A stretch of 64,000 nt of DNA from an uncultured Clostridia bacterium. Its GTDB lineage: Bacteria > Bacillota > Clostridia > Oscillospirales > Ruminococcaceae. Below, one piece after another: positions 47,420 through 58,003 of this stretch. A program made the position numbers and the translations under genes. Within the stretch, counting starts at the first letter, position 1. Every line of letters begins with the position of its first letter. The stretch lies in contig CANQNK010000003.1 of NCBI GenBank assembly GCA_947625195.1, forward strand, positions 41,890 to 105,889, read 5' to 3'. Under the pieces are notes generated by a model. It made no database searches, was not told the DNA's origin, and saw only the letters and a program-made list of their open reading frames with translations.

Positions 47420-47517
47420 ATTACCACTCCTTTTTATTTAGCGTGTCCGAAATACTCAAAATAATTCAATAAGTAAGCAACACTTCAATTTTATGGTAAT
47501 TTTTTTATGTTAAGGGC

Positions 47518-47546
47518 TTGATTTTTACAAAAAAAGGTGATATACT
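47518..47546 (+). promoter_or_regulatory. Promoter of the rimP-nusA-infB operon
   Basis: TTGATT (47518-47523), a 17-nt spacer, then TATACT (47541-47546) with a TGn extension. Confidence 0.65.
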
Positions 47547-47569
47547 ATCTACAATAGTTTTTTATTAAA

Positions 47570-47605
47570 AGACTGGAGCTTGACTTCCGGTCTTTCGTTT
47601 TTGTT
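47570..47605 (+). terminator. Terminator-like leader hairpin (putative attenuator) between the promoter and the rimP RBS
   Basis: AGACTGGAG (47570-47578) pairs with TTCCGGTCT (47585-47593) over 9 bp, including two G-U pairs. TTCGTTTTTGTT follows. The rimP RBS, GGGAGG, starts at 47606. Confidence 0.5.
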
Positions 47606-47621
47606 GGGAGGTATCTGTTTT

Positions 47622-48098
47622 ATGGCAGAGAAAAAAGGCGGAAAAACCGCCGAGCGCATAAAAAAGCTAGCTTTGCCCGTGTGTGAGCGACTGGGGTTGT
47701 CGCTTTGGGATGTTCGCTATGAAAAAGAGGGGGCGACACAATATCTAAGAGTGCTTATAGATAAAGAAGGCGGCCTTGATTTAAGCTCGTGCGAGGAGTT
47801 TTCGCGGGAGTTTAACAAGATCCTCGATAAGGAAGACCCGATAGACCAATCGTACGTTTTTGAGGCGGGCTCACCGGGGCTTAACAGAGAGCTTAAAAGC
47901 GAGGATCATTTCAATGCTTTTGTCGGAAAAGAGGTATCGATAAAGCTTTATAAAGCTGTAAACGGTGAAAAAGAGCTTAAAGCTGTGCTTCTGTCATATG
48001 ATAAGAATAGAAAGGCAATAAAATTAGACGGCGTCGAGACGGAAATCTTGCTTTCAGACTGCGCATACGTAAGAGCCGCAGACGACGATTTGTTTTAA
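47622..48098 (+). CDS. rimP: Ribosome maturation factor RimP
   Basis: The ATG at 47622 follows GGGAGG. The product is RimP-like (LWDVRYEKEG...YLRVLID) and lies upstream of nusA. Confidence 0.9.
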   Translation: MAEKKGGKTAERIKKLALPVCERLGLSLWDVRYEKEGATQYLRVLIDKEGGLDLSSCEEFSREFNKILDKEDPIDQSYVFEAGSPGLNRELKSEDHFNAFVGKEVSIKLYKAVNGEKELKAVLLSYDKNRKAIKLDGVETEILLSDCAYVRAADDDLF

Positions 48099-48124
48099 AA
48101 TATACAAGGAGGACATAAAGAAAA

Positions 48125-49180
48125 ATGAGCAAGGAATTTTTTGACGCGCTTGCAAATCTCGGCGCTGAAAACAAAATCAACACTGAGGATTTGGTTGAGA
48201 AAATTGCAGACGGAATCACAAAGGCAATAAAAAGAGACTATCCGAATGTTTTGGAGGAGAACATATTCGTCAATATAGACACCGAAAAGGCAAAGTTTGA
48301 GATGAAGATCAATAAAACGGTAGTCGAAGAGGTAGAAGATCCCGACAATGAGATATCTATTGAGGAGGCTCTCGAAATATCAAAAAAAGCAACAATCGGT
48401 TCACAGGTAGCGGTAAAGCTCAATCCGATGAAGTTCGGGCGGGTAGCCGCTCAGTCTGCCAAGCAGTCTATAAAGCACGACATAAAGGAGATCGAGCGCG
48501 AAAGACTTCTTGAGGCGTATCAGGGTAAGGAACACGAGTGCGTTTCGGCAACGGTGCTCAAGGTTGAGCCGGCTACCGGAAACGCCGTGCTTACCATCGA
48601 CAAAAACGAGGCGTACCTTTTAAGAAGCGAGCAGATCCCCGGAGAAGAGCTGAGGGAGGGCGATATAATAAAGGTTTACGTCGTGGGAATAGTAAATCCT
48701 GAAAGACGTCCCTCGGTAAAGATTTCCAGAACTCACAGAGATCTGGTAAAGCGCCTTTTTGAGCTTGAGGTGCCGGAGATCTACGACGGAACCGTGGAGG
48801 TAAAGGCTATCTCACGTGAGGCCGGCTCAAGAAGCAAGATAGCGGTTTGGTCCAAGGACGAAAATGTAGACGCGATAGGCGCATGCATAGGTCCGCGCAG
48901 AAGCCGCATACAGTCAATAGTAAAAGAGCTTAAGGGAGAAAAGATCGATATCATTCCATACAGCGAGGACGATGCCGAGTTTATTGCGGCGGCGCTGTCT
49001 CCCGCAGACGTTATAAGCGTTACGCTTGCTCAGGACGGAAGCCGCTCCTGCGAGGTGGTAGTTCCGGACAATCAGCTTTCTTTGGCTATCGGAAACAAGG
49101 GGCAAAACGCAAAACTTGCGGCAAGGCTTACCGGCTATAAAATCGACATCGGTCCGGAGCACACGATAGAAATAGACTGA
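48125..49180 (+). CDS. nusA: Transcription termination/antitermination factor NusA
   Basis: A 351-aa product with an N-terminal domain, an S1 domain and two KH domains (GACIGPRRSRIQ; LAIGNKGQNAKLAARLTG). Confidence 0.95.
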   Translation: MSKEFFDALANLGAENKINTEDLVEKIADGITKAIKRDYPNVLEENIFVNIDTEKAKFEMKINKTVVEEVEDPDNEISIEEALEISKKATIGSQVAVKLNPMKFGRVAAQSAKQSIKHDIKEIERERLLEAYQGKEHECVSATVLKVEPATGNAVLTIDKNEAYLLRSEQIPGEELREGDIIKVYVVGIVNPERRPSVKISRTHRDLVKRLFELEVPEIYDGTVEVKAISREAGSRSKIAVWSKDENVDAIGACIGPRRSRIQSIVKELKGEKIDIIPYSEDDAEFIAAALSPADVISVTLAQDGSRSCEVVVPDNQLSLAIGNKGQNAKLAARLTGYKIDIGPEHTIEID

Positions 49181-49195
49181 TAAGAGGCAAAAAAT

Positions 49196-49462
49196 ATGAA
49201 AACCAGGAAAATTCCGATGCGCCTTTGCTTAGGCTGCAACGAGTCAAAGCCAAAAAAGGAAATGATACGTGTGGTAAGAAATAAAGACGGTGAAATATCA
49301 CTCGATACCACGGGTAAAAAATCCGGACGCGGCGCTTATATCTGCCGCAGTGCAGAGTGCTTTAAAGCGGCAAGGCAAAAGCGCAGATTTGAAAAAAGCT
49401 TTTCGTGCGCCATTTCGGACGAGGTGTACGACAGAATGGAGGAAGAGCTTTTAAATGACTGA
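49196..49462 (+). CDS. ylxR: YlxR (DUF448) family RNA-binding protein
   Basis: RKIPMRLCLGCNESKPKKEMIRVV...SGRGAYIC is the YlxR signature. The position after nusA is conserved. Confidence 0.85.
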   Translation: MKTRKIPMRLCLGCNESKPKKEMIRVVRNKDGEISLDTTGKKSGRGAYICRSAECFKAARQKRRFEKSFSCAISDEVYDRMEEELLND

Positions 49463-49778
49463 GATAATGGGACTTCTCACCATAGCGAGAAAGGCTTCCA
49501 AGCTTGCTCTCGGTATGGATATGACGAAGGACGCCTGCAAATCGGGAGCGGCAAAGTGCGTTTTGGTCGCGACCGATTTATCGAAAAAAAGCCTTAAGGA
49601 GATAAGGTTTTTCTGTTCTCTTGACAGCGTGCCGCTGTATTCGCTAGGCATGACGATAGAGCAGACGGGCGAACAGCTTGGGAAAAAGGTAGGAATAATA
49701 GCCGTGCTTGACAGCGGCTTTTACAAAAAGGCAAGAACGCTTTTAAATGAAATTTCAGCAGACGGGATTACTTATTAA
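49455..49778 (+). CDS. ylxQ: L7Ae/L30e-family RNA-binding protein (YlxQ-like)
   Basis: A 107-aa product between ylxR and infB, overlapping ylxR by 8 nt. The sequence is L7Ae-like (LLTIARKASKLALG). Confidence 0.8.
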   Translation: MTEIMGLLTIARKASKLALGMDMTKDACKSGAAKCVLVATDLSKKSLKEIRFFCSLDSVPLYSLGMTIEQTGEQLGKKVGIIAVLDSGFYKKARTLLNEISADGITY

Positions 49779-49795
49779 GGAGGTAGTTATTACCT

Positions 49796-52261
49796 ATGGC
49801 GACAAAATATAAATTAAACGAGCTTGCAAAGGACTTAAAGCTTGCAAACGCACAGGTTATCGGATGTATTGAAAAGGCTTTCGGTGAAACTAAGAAAACC
49901 GTAAGCGTGCTTGATCCGAATGAAATAAACTTTGTGCTGGAGTATTTTTCTCAGGAAAACTCGGTAGAGGACTTTGGCGATTACTTTAACAGCGCAAACG
50001 ATCTAAAACAGACTGAAGCTGAAGAGAAGAAAATTCCTGAGAAAAAGAAACCGGTAAGGGAGAAAAAGCCGGCGGCTGAAACCAAGCCGAAAAAGACTGT
50101 GAAAAAGAAGACCGAAGCGCCTGTAAAGGCGGTTAAGGAAAGCAAGCCTGAATCAAAAAATCAGCCTCAGCAGAAGAAAAAAGAGCCGCCCAAAAAGAAG
50201 GAAAAGGGAGAACGGCTTAAGCTTAATACAGGCGGAAAAGAAAGCTTGGGAGGCTATACCGTTTCTGAGCAGGGCAAGGAATCGAACCGCAGAAGGGTCG
50301 ATACCAGAGGCTCTTATGTGGAGCTTGATAAGTACAACGAAAAGTACGATACTCTCGCTGATTCCCGTCAGGGCAGAGGCAAAGACAACTACTCAAAAAA
50401 GCAAAAGCTTACGCAGAAGTCTCAGCAGTATAAAAAGCAGAAATACTCTACCAAGCGGGAAACAGAACAGCAGAAGGAAAAAAGACTTGAGCTTGAACGT
50501 GCGAGAAAGATGAAGCTAAAGGTTAAAATTCCCGATGAGATTAGCGTTTCAGAGCTTGCCTCAAGGCTTAAGGTTGTCGCAGCAGAGGTTATAAAGAAGC
50601 TTATGGGTCTTGGCATTTTTGCTTCGATTAACGAGGTTATCGACTTTGATACCGCGTCTCTTGTTGCAGAAGAACTCGGAGCAAAAGTTGAAAAAGAGGT
50701 TATTGTAACGATAGAGGAAAGGCTTATCATCGATGAAGAGGACAAGAAAGAGGATCTTGAAGAGCGATGCCCCGTCGTTGTCGTTATGGGACACGTTGAC
50801 CACGGTAAAACCTCTATTCTTGATAAGATAAGACACGCAAACGTGACCGAGGGTGAAGCCGGAGGTATTACTCAGCATATCGGCGCATATCAGATAGAGC
50901 ACGAGGGAAAGAAGATCACCTTTTTGGATACTCCCGGACACGAGGCGTTTACCGCAATGAGACTCAGAGGTGCGCAGGCAACGGATATAGCAATACTGGT
51001 TGTTGCCGCAGATGACGGGATCATGCCGCAGACGGTTGAGGCTATAAACCACGCTAAGGCGGCGGGAGTTTCCATTATAGTAGCTATCAACAAAATGGAT
51101 AAGGAGGGTGCAAATCCCGAAAGAATAAAGCAGGAGCTTACCGAGCACGACCTTCTTGTTGAGGAATGGGGCGGAGATGTTATCTGCGTGCCTGTTTCGG
51201 CCCTTACGGGAATGGGCATCAGTGACCTTTTGGAAAACATTCTGTTGGTTGCAGAGGTAAAAGAGCTTAAGGCAAATCCAAACCGCCTTGCAAAGGGTAC
51301 GGTTATTGAAGCCAGACTTGACAAGGGAAGAGGCCCTATAGCAACGCTTTTGGTACAAAACGGAACATTAAAAGCGGGAGACACCATAATTGCAGGAACT
51401 GCCGTGGGAAGAGTAAGAACCATGACAAACGACAAGGGCGAGGAGATCAATAAAGCGTATCCCAGTACCCCGGTAGAGATCACGGGACTGTCGGAGGTTC
51501 CTGACGCGGGCGATACTTTTAACGCCGTCGCTGACGAAAAACTTGCAAGAGAGCTTGTAGAGCAGAGAAAGCACAAGGCTAAGGAGGAGATATTCAGCCA
51601 GCAGACCAAGGTTACGCTTGAAAATCTCTTCAGCCAGATTTCAGAAGGTGAGAGAAAAGAGCTGCCTATTATTGTAAAGGCGGACGTTCAGGGCTCTGTA
51701 GAGGCTGTAAGGCAGTCGCTTGAAAAGCTTTCCAACGAAGAGGTGAGAGTAAAGGTGATCCACGGAGCGGTAGGAGCGGTTTCTGAGGGAGACGTTATGC
51801 TTGCGGCTGCTTCAAACGCTATAATCGTCGGCTTTAACGTGCGCCCGGATCCTATAGCAAAGGAAAATGCGGAGCACGACGGAGTGGATATAAGGCTTTA
51901 CAGAGTCATCTACGACGCTATTGAGGAAATAGGCGACGCTATGAAGGGAATGCTTGCGCCTAAGTACAGAGAGGTTGAAACTGCCCGCGTAGAGGTAAGG
52001 CAGGTTTATAAGATATCAAACGTCGGTCAGGTTGCCGGAAGCTACGTTTTAAGCGGCAAGGTCGGAAGAAACAACCAGATAAGAGTAGTGCGTGACGGAA
52101 TCGTTATCGCAGAGGATAAGATGTCGTCTTTAAAACGTTTCAAGGACGATGTGAAAGAGGTTTCAGAAGGGTACGAGTGCGGTATCACTCTTGAAAGGTT
52201 TTCCGATATAAAAGAGGGCGATATACTGGAAGCCTTCTATATGGAGGAATACAGAGAATAA
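49796..52261 (+). CDS. infB: Translation initiation factor IF-2
   Basis: An 821-aa product with a Lys/Glu-rich N-terminal region and a GTPase core ([25 protein letters not shown]). Confidence 0.97.
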   Translation: MATKYKLNELAKDLKLANAQVIGCIEKAFGETKKTVSVLDPNEINFVLEYFSQENSVEDFGDYFNSANDLKQTEAEEKKIPEKKKPVREKKPAAETKPKKTVKKKTEAPVKAVKESKPESKNQPQQKKKEPPKKKEKGERLKLNTGGKESLGGYTVSEQGKESNRRRVDTRGSYVELDKYNEKYDTLADSRQGRGKDNYSKKQKLTQKSQQYKKQKYSTKRETEQQKEKRLELERARKMKLKVKIPDEISVSELASRLKVVAAEVIKKLMGLGIFASINEVIDFDTASLVAEELGAKVEKEVIVTIEERLIIDEEDKKEDLEERCPVVVVMGHVDHGKTSILDKIRHANVTEGEAGGITQHIGAYQIEHEGKKITFLDTPGHEAFTAMRLRGAQATDIAILVVAADDGIMPQTVEAINHAKAAGVSIIVAINKMDKEGANPERIKQELTEHDLLVEEWGGDVICVPVSALTGMGISDLLENILLVAEVKELKANPNRLAKGTVIEARLDKGRGPIATLLVQNGTLKAGDTIIAGTAVGRVRTMTNDKGEEINKAYPSTPVEITGLSEVPDAGDTFNAVADEKLARELVEQRKHKAKEEIFSQQTKVTLENLFSQISEGERKELPIIVKADVQGSVEAVRQSLEKLSNEEVRVKVIHGAVGAVSEGDVMLAAASNAIIVGFNVRPDPIAKENAEHDGVDIRLYRVIYDAIEEIGDAMKGMLAPKYREVETARVEVRQVYKISNVGQVAGSYVLSGKVGRNNQIRVVRDGIVIAEDKMSSLKRFKDDVKEVSEGYECGITLERFSDIKEGDILEAFYMEEYRE

Positions 52262-52283
52262 ATAATTACGAAAGGGTTAGTTT

Positions 52284-52625
52284 ATGGCTGGTGTAAAGTC
52301 TTATAGAATGGGTGAAGATATAAGAAGAATAATATCCGCAAAGCTTACGGAGCTTAAGGACCCCCGGATATCGGGTGCGACAATGCTTACCGTTATGCGG
52401 TGCGAGGTATCGTCTGACGGAAGCTACTGCAAGGTGTATATCTCGTCCTTTGACGGGCATAAGCAGGCGATTGAGGCGGTAAAGGGACTTGAAAGTGCAA
52501 AAGGAATATTAAAAAGAGAAATCTCAAATGTATTGCGGCTTAAAAAGTGCCCCGAGCTTAAATTTATTGCGGATAACTCAACTGAGCACAGCGTAAGAAT
52601 AAACGAGCTCTTAAAAAAGGATTGA
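52284..52625 (+). CDS. rbfA: Ribosome-binding factor A
   Basis: A 113-aa RbfA-like product (DPRISGATMLTVMRCEVSSDGSYCKVYIS) after infB. Confidence 0.93.
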   Translation: MAGVKSYRMGEDIRRIISAKLTELKDPRISGATMLTVMRCEVSSDGSYCKVYISSFDGHKQAIEAVKGLESAKGILKREISNVLRLKKCPELKFIADNSTEHSVRINELLKKD

Positions 52626-52672
52626 GCGAACAGGCGGGATGATACCGGGTATGATTTTGTCTGGTTGACAGG

Positions 52673-53638
52673 GTGAAGAAAGGATTGGTCGCGATTATGG
52701 ACGTAAACAGCGCAAGACGGTTTTTGACTCAGCACGATAACTACACTATACTGACACACATAAACCCCGACGGGGATACTCTTGGCTGCGGATTTGCCCT
52801 TTGCAGATTTTTAAGGGGTATGGGTAAAAAGGCGAACGTCGTAAACGGTGACGTTTTACCGCACAGATATAGCTTTTTATACGATGATTACTATAATCAG
52901 GAATTTGAAGAAAAGTGTGTGGTTGCGGTTGATATAGCAGATCCGAAGCTTATGGGCGACAGCCTTGAAAAGTATCAGAAGCCGGGTGTTGTAGATCTTT
53001 GCATAGATCACCACATTTCCAATACGGGATATGCAAATGATATGCTTCTTGATTCCTCTGCAGGAGCTGCGGCGATGATAATATATGAGGTTTTGTCGGG
53101 AATGGGAGAGATTACAAGTGAGGTCGCCGCTTGTCTTTACACAGGAATTGCAACAGATACAGGCTGCTTTAAATTTGAAAGCACCGATTCCCGCGCGCAT
53201 ATTTATGCGGCAAAGCTTATAGAAACAGGAATAGATTTTTACAGAATAAACCGCAAAATGTTTGAGATTAAAAACAAAAATGTTGCCGCAGCGGAAAGAG
53301 CAATAGTCTCTGAAATGAAATTTTATTTAAACGACAGGGTAGCCGTAAACGTTATAAGTCTTGACACCATAAAAAAATACGGAGTTGAGCCTGCCGAGCT
53401 TGAAAGCATACCTTCTGTTCCTCTAACCATTGAGGGAGTTGCCGTGGGAGTAACCGTTAAGGAAAAAGCGGATAGAATATATAAAATATCGCTTCGCACG
53501 GCAGAGGAGTTTAACGCTTCGCAGATATGCTCTGAGTTTGGAGGAGGAGGTCACATACGCGCGGCAGGATGCGAGATAAAGGGCGAGCTTGATGATGTTA
53601 TCGAAAAGATAATATCAAAGATTTCGGAGTTTATGTAA
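52673..53638 (+). CDS. nrnA: DHH/DHHA1 phosphoesterase, NrnA-like (oligoribonuclease/pAp phosphatase)
   Basis: The motifs DGDTLG, DHH (IDHHISN) and GGGH (FGGGGHIRAAG) are present. The true start may be the internal ATG at 52697. Confidence 0.85.
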   Translation: MKKGLVAIMDVNSARRFLTQHDNYTILTHINPDGDTLGCGFALCRFLRGMGKKANVVNGDVLPHRYSFLYDDYYNQEFEEKCVVAVDIADPKLMGDSLEKYQKPGVVDLCIDHHISNTGYANDMLLDSSAGAAAMIIYEVLSGMGEITSEVAACLYTGIATDTGCFKFESTDSRAHIYAAKLIETGIDFYRINRKMFEIKNKNVAAAERAIVSEMKFYLNDRVAVNVISLDTIKKYGVEPAELESIPSVPLTIEGVAVGVTVKEKADRIYKISLRTAEEFNASQICSEFGGGGHIRAAGCEIKGELDDVIEKIISKISEFM

Positions 53639-53640
53639 AA

Positions 53641-54528
53641 GTGGACGGAATAGTAATCGTAAACAAGCCACAGGGGTTTACCTCCTTTGACGTTTGCGCA
53701 AAGCTGAGGGGAGTTTTCGGCACGAAAAAAATAGGCCACGCTGGAACCTTAGACCCGATGGCGACGGGTGTTTTGCCGGTGCTTATAGGAAAAGCCACAA
53801 GGGCAAGCGATATTCTTCCCGACAATAAAAAGACATACCTTTCCGGGTTTTTATTCGGCACTGAAACTTCAACAGAGGATATATGGGGAGAAGTTATAAA
53901 AAAAGAAAACAGCGATGTTTCAAGAAAAGATTTACTATCAGCAGCTAAGGATTTTACCGGCGGAATATTGCAGACGCCGCCAATGTATTCAGCCGTACAG
54001 ATAAACGGCAGAAGGCTTTACAAGCTTGCGCGGCAAGGGATAGAGGTCGAGCGGCCAAAAAGAAAAGCGATCATACATTCGCTTGAGGTTCTGAGTTTTG
54101 ACGAAAGTACCCAGAGCGGCAGCTTAAAAGTGGTATGTTCAAGAGGAACTTACATAAGAACGCTTATTTCGGATATGGCAAAGCGCCTTAATACACTGGG
54201 CGTAATGACTTCTCTTTTAAGAGAGCGCTCCGGCGGATTTTCTCTTGACAAAGCTCTTACGCTCGATGAAATACAAAAGCTTAAGGACGAAGATAAGCTT
54301 AACAGTGCTGTTATACCCGTTGACGAGGCGTTTTCGTGCTATGAGCGTGTAACACTTGACGAAAAGTGCACGCATCTTTATAAAAACGGAGTGGTGCTGA
54401 GAGTTTCTCAGATAGGAAAGTTCGGCGGCAGTATACTTCGTGTTTACGGCTGCGACAATGAGTTTTTGGGGCTTTGCCGTCCTGACGTAAAAAAGGACAA
54501 GGTGTATCAATACAAGAATTTTTATTAA
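53641..54528 (+). CDS. truB: tRNA pseudouridine(55) synthase TruB
   Basis: GTG start. The catalytic motif is GHAGTLDPMATGVLPV. The product is 295 aa. Confidence 0.93.
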   Translation: MDGIVIVNKPQGFTSFDVCAKLRGVFGTKKIGHAGTLDPMATGVLPVLIGKATRASDILPDNKKTYLSGFLFGTETSTEDIWGEVIKKENSDVSRKDLLSAAKDFTGGILQTPPMYSAVQINGRRLYKLARQGIEVERPKRKAIIHSLEVLSFDESTQSGSLKVVCSRGTYIRTLISDMAKRLNTLGVMTSLLRERSGGFSLDKALTLDEIQKLKDEDKLNSAVIPVDEAFSCYERVTLDEKCTHLYKNGVVLRVSQIGKFGGSILRVYGCDNEFLGLCRPDVKKDKVYQYKNFY

Positions 54529-54544
54529 AGAGGGTGAACGCTAA

Positions 54545-55447
54545 TTGACGGATATTACAGAAAGCGGCGCTCGCTTAAGCGAACGTACTGCCGTTTCACT
54601 CGGGATTTTTGACGGCGTTCACATCGGTCACAGAGCGGTTTTAAATGCTGCTGAATATCAGCGTAGAAACGGACTTAAAACAGCGGTTTTTACATTTTTA
54701 AGCGGCTCTGTTACCACAAAGGGAGATGTGGGGCTTATCTATTCCGACAAGAGAAAGCGGGAGATTTTTGAAGACCTTGGAGTGGATTTTTTGTTTTCTC
54801 CGGAGTTTTCAATGCTCAGGAATTTAAGCGCCGAGGAGTTTTTTGACAAGATTATTATAAAAAAGCTGAATGCAAAGGTCGTTTGCTGCGGAGGGGATTT
54901 TCGATTTGGAAAAGAAGCTGGAGCAGGCGTAAGCGAGCTTGAAAGTCTGTGCGGAGAAAATGGTGTTAAGCTAAACATTGTACCGTCTGTTATATATAAA
55001 GGACAAGCCGTTTCCTCAACGAGGATAAAAAATGCGCTCACTACTGGAAACATAAAATCCGCAAACGAAATGCTTTCTTATGACTTCGGGTATTATGAAG
55101 AGGTTATGCACGGGCGGAAGCTTGGGCGAACGCTTGATTTTCCGACAATAAATCAGCAGATACCGCCGGGCACGGTGCTGCCTAGATTCGGAGTATATCT
55201 TACCGAGGTCTTTCTTGAAGGTAAAAAATACAGGGGAATTTCAAATATTGGGGTAAAGCCCACGGTGGGAAAAAATAAGCCGCTTATCGAAACGCATATC
55301 CTCGGTTTAAGCGGCAGCCTTTACGGCAAGCGTATAAGAGTTAATTTAAAGAAATTTATGCGGGAGGAAGTAAAGTTTGATTCTATCTCACAGCTTAAAA
55401 TACAGGTTTGTAAGGACATTGAAAATGCGGGAAAGGAAGTATTGTAA
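54545..55447 (+). CDS. ribF: Bifunctional riboflavin kinase/FMN adenylyltransferase
   Basis: TTG start. The product has an N-terminal FAD synthetase domain (GIFDGVHIGH) and a C-terminal riboflavin kinase domain (GRTLDFPTIN). Confidence 0.93.
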   Translation: MTDITESGARLSERTAVSLGIFDGVHIGHRAVLNAAEYQRRNGLKTAVFTFLSGSVTTKGDVGLIYSDKRKREIFEDLGVDFLFSPEFSMLRNLSAEEFFDKIIIKKLNAKVVCCGGDFRFGKEAGAGVSELESLCGENGVKLNIVPSVIYKGQAVSSTRIKNALTTGNIKSANEMLSYDFGYYEEVMHGRKLGRTLDFPTINQQIPPGTVLPRFGVYLTEVFLEGKKYRGISNIGVKPTVGKNKPLIETHILGLSGSLYGKRIRVNLKKFMREEVKFDSISQLKIQVCKDIENAGKEVL

Positions 55448-56896
55448 ATGAATAAAGTTAGAACCAGATTTGCGCCGTCGCCGACGGGGTATATGCACAT
55501 AGGCAATTTAAGGACCGCTCTTTTCACCTATATAATCGCCAAGAAAAACGGCGGGGATTTTATTCTACGTATTGAGGATACCGACAGGGAAAGATACGTT
55601 GAGGGTGCGACGGAGGTCATTTACAAGACCTTAAAAGAGTGCGGCTTGAATTGGGATGAGGGCCCGGATATCGGCGGGCCTGTAGGACCGTATATCCAGT
55701 CTGAGCGTATGGGAATGTTTAAAAAGTATGCCGAAGAACTTGTTGAAAAGGGCGAGGCCTACTATTGCTTCTGTGATAAGGACAGACTTGAGGAGCTGAA
55801 GGCTGTGCAGGAGGCAAGCGGAGTTATGCCGATGTATGACCGACACTGCCGAAATCTTTCAAAAGAAGAGGTCGACAAAAAGCTTAAAGAGGGTGTGCCG
55901 TATGTTATAAGACAAAAGGTTCCATTGCAGGGAACCACAACCTTTCACGATGAGCTTTACGGAGACATAACGGTAGAAAATTCCACTTTGGACGACCAGA
56001 TACTTATTAAGACTGACGGACTTCCGACCTATAATTTTGCAAACGTTGTGGACGATCATCTTATGGGAATAACTCACGTTGTAAGGGGAAACGAGTATCT
56101 TTCAAGTGCGCCTAAGTATAACCTTCTGTATAAGGCATTCGGCTGGGAGGTTCCAACATACATTCACGTTGAGCACATTATGAAGGACAAGCAGCACAAG
56201 CTTTCAAAGCGAGACGGAGACGCGAGCTATGAGGACCTTATGAAAAAAGGTTACTTAAAGGAAGCGGTTATAAACTACATTGCGCTTCTGGGCTGGGCGC
56301 CCAAGGGCGAGAATGAGATTTTTACTCTTGACGAGCTTATAGATGAGTTTGATATATCGGGTATCTCAAAATCCCCTGCTGTCTTTGATCCGGTCAAGCT
56401 TAAGGCTTTAAACGGAGTTTACATCAAGAAAATGGACGACGCTGAGTTTGCAAAGGCGGCAGAGCCTTATATCAGACAGACGGTGAAAAAGCCCGATGCG
56501 GATATCTCATTTATCGCATCGCTTTTAAAGCCCAGAACCGAGCTTTTTACGGAAATTCCGGAGCAGGTGGATTTTATAGACTCACTTCCTGAGTACGACA
56601 ACTCGCTTTACTGCCACAAGAAGATGAAAACCAATGAGGAGAATTCGCTTTCATCTCTTAAAGAGATACTTCCCGTTCTTGAGGAGGTTTCAGACTGGAC
56701 GACTGAAAATATCCACGAGGCACTGTTTGCGCTTATCGAGCGGCTGGGCGTTAAAAACGGAATAGTGCTTTGGCCGTTAAGAGTAGCGGTTTCCGGGAAG
56801 AGCTTTACCCCCGGCGGCGGAATTGAGCTTTGCTACATTCTCGGCAAGGAGGAGTCTTTGGCGAGAATAAGAAAGGGAATTGAAAAGCTTTCATAG
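55448..56896 (+). CDS. gltX: Glutamate--tRNA ligase
   Basis: The HIGH motif ([13 protein letters not shown]) and the KMSKS motif (KLSKRDG) are present. The product is 482 aa. The ATG directly abuts the ribF stop. Confidence 0.95.
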   Translation: MNKVRTRFAPSPTGYMHIGNLRTALFTYIIAKKNGGDFILRIEDTDRERYVEGATEVIYKTLKECGLNWDEGPDIGGPVGPYIQSERMGMFKKYAEELVEKGEAYYCFCDKDRLEELKAVQEASGVMPMYDRHCRNLSKEEVDKKLKEGVPYVIRQKVPLQGTTTFHDELYGDITVENSTLDDQILIKTDGLPTYNFANVVDDHLMGITHVVRGNEYLSSAPKYNLLYKAFGWEVPTYIHVEHIMKDKQHKLSKRDGDASYEDLMKKGYLKEAVINYIALLGWAPKGENEIFTLDELIDEFDISGISKSPAVFDPVKLKALNGVYIKKMDDAEFAKAAEPYIRQTVKKPDADISFIASLLKPRTELFTEIPEQVDFIDSLPEYDNSLYCHKKMKTNEENSLSSLKEILPVLEEVSDWTTENIHEALFALIERLGVKNGIVLWPLRVAVSGKSFTPGGGIELCYILGKEESLARIRKGIEKLS

Positions 56897-57046
56897 TATT
56901 ATCACAAAAGGAATTTATAATAGTATTACGGACCGTTATTTGGCAAAAAACCATTTGATGCCAAAATATCAATTAACGCTTAGTTGCTTTAAAGCGGAAT
57001 AAGCTTTATTAGCTTGCCGCAAACTCTTATACGGAGGGAAAGAGAA

Positions 57047-58003
57047 ATGATAGAGGTCAGAAATCTTTCAAAGCACTTCGGGGATAAAAAGGCCGTGGAC
57101 GGTATTTCATTTACCGCAAACGATGGAGAGATTCTCGGCTTTTTAGGACCGAACGGTGCTGGTAAATCCACCACAATGAATATTTTGACGGGGTATATCT
57201 CCTCAACTGAGGGAGAAGCCGTGATAGACGGAAACGATATTTTGAAAAATCCCGTCAAGGCAAAGGCGAGCATCGGGTATCTTCCTGAGCAGCCGCCGCT
57301 TTATATGGATATGACGGTAAAGGAGTATCTTAACTTTATTTACGACCTGAAAAAATGCACTATGCCGAGAAACACGCACATCGCCGATATTTGCAGACTT
57401 GTAAAAATAGAGGACGTTTACAGGCGCGTTATTAAAAATCTTTCTAAGGGATACAAGCAAAGAGTAGGACTGGCACAGGCGCTTGTGGGAAATCCGAACG
57501 TTCTGATCCTTGACGAGCCGACCGTAGGACTTGACCCGTCACAGATAATCGAGATAAGAACTCTTATAAAAAAGCTCGGGCGAAATCACACGGTTATTTT
57601 GTCATCACACATTTTGTCGGAGGTTCAGGCTGTTTGTGACAGAATAGTTGTTATAAATCAGGGAAAGATCGTTGCAGACGACACTGCGGAAAACCTTTCC
57701 TCCTCGCTTTCGGGTGAGCATAAGCTGAGCGTAAAGATCGACGGGCCGTCTAAAGAGGTAATGGAGCTTATTGAAACGATACAGGGAGTTAAAAACATAA
57801 CTCTTGTTGCCGAACGTGAAAGCTACAGCGAGTTTACAATAGAATCGGATGAGAACGCAGATGTACGCAGAGAGCTGTTTTCCCGTATGGCGGGCAGAAA
57901 CTGGTATATAATTGAACTTAAAACGAGCGAGCTTTCGCTTGAGGACATATTCCTTCGTCTTACTATGGGCGAGAAAATCGAGCTGAAAGGAGGTAAAGAA
58001 TAA
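57047..58003 (+). CDS. ABC transporter ATP-binding protein (GldA-like, ABC-2 subfamily)
   Basis: Walker A (GPNGAGKST), the signature motif (LSKGYKQR) and Walker B (LILDEP) are present. I set the start at the ATG at 57047, which follows GGAGGG. Confidence 0.9.
   Translation: MIEVRNLSKHFGDKKAVDGISFTANDGEILGFLGPNGAGKSTTMNILTGYISSTEGEAVIDGNDILKNPVKAKASIGYLPEQPPLYMDMTVKEYLNFIYDLKKCTMPRNTHIADICRLVKIEDVYRRVIKNLSKGYKQRVGLAQALVGNPNVLILDEPTVGLDPSQIIEIRTLIKKLGRNHTVILSSHILSEVQAVCDRIVVINQGKIVADDTAENLSSSLSGEHKLSVKIDGPSKEVMELIETIQGVKNITLVAERESYSEFTIESDENADVRRELFSRMAGRNWYIIELKTSELSLEDIFLRLTMGEKIELKGGKE

Noticed and set aside
50561-51609. Two long minus-strand ORFs (265 aa and 239 aa) inside infB
   Set aside because: They lie entirely antisense to a high-confidence IF-2 gene. 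They have no RBS and their composition is low-complexity (Ser/Leu/Cys-rich). This is typical of chance open frames opposite a purine-rich coding strand.
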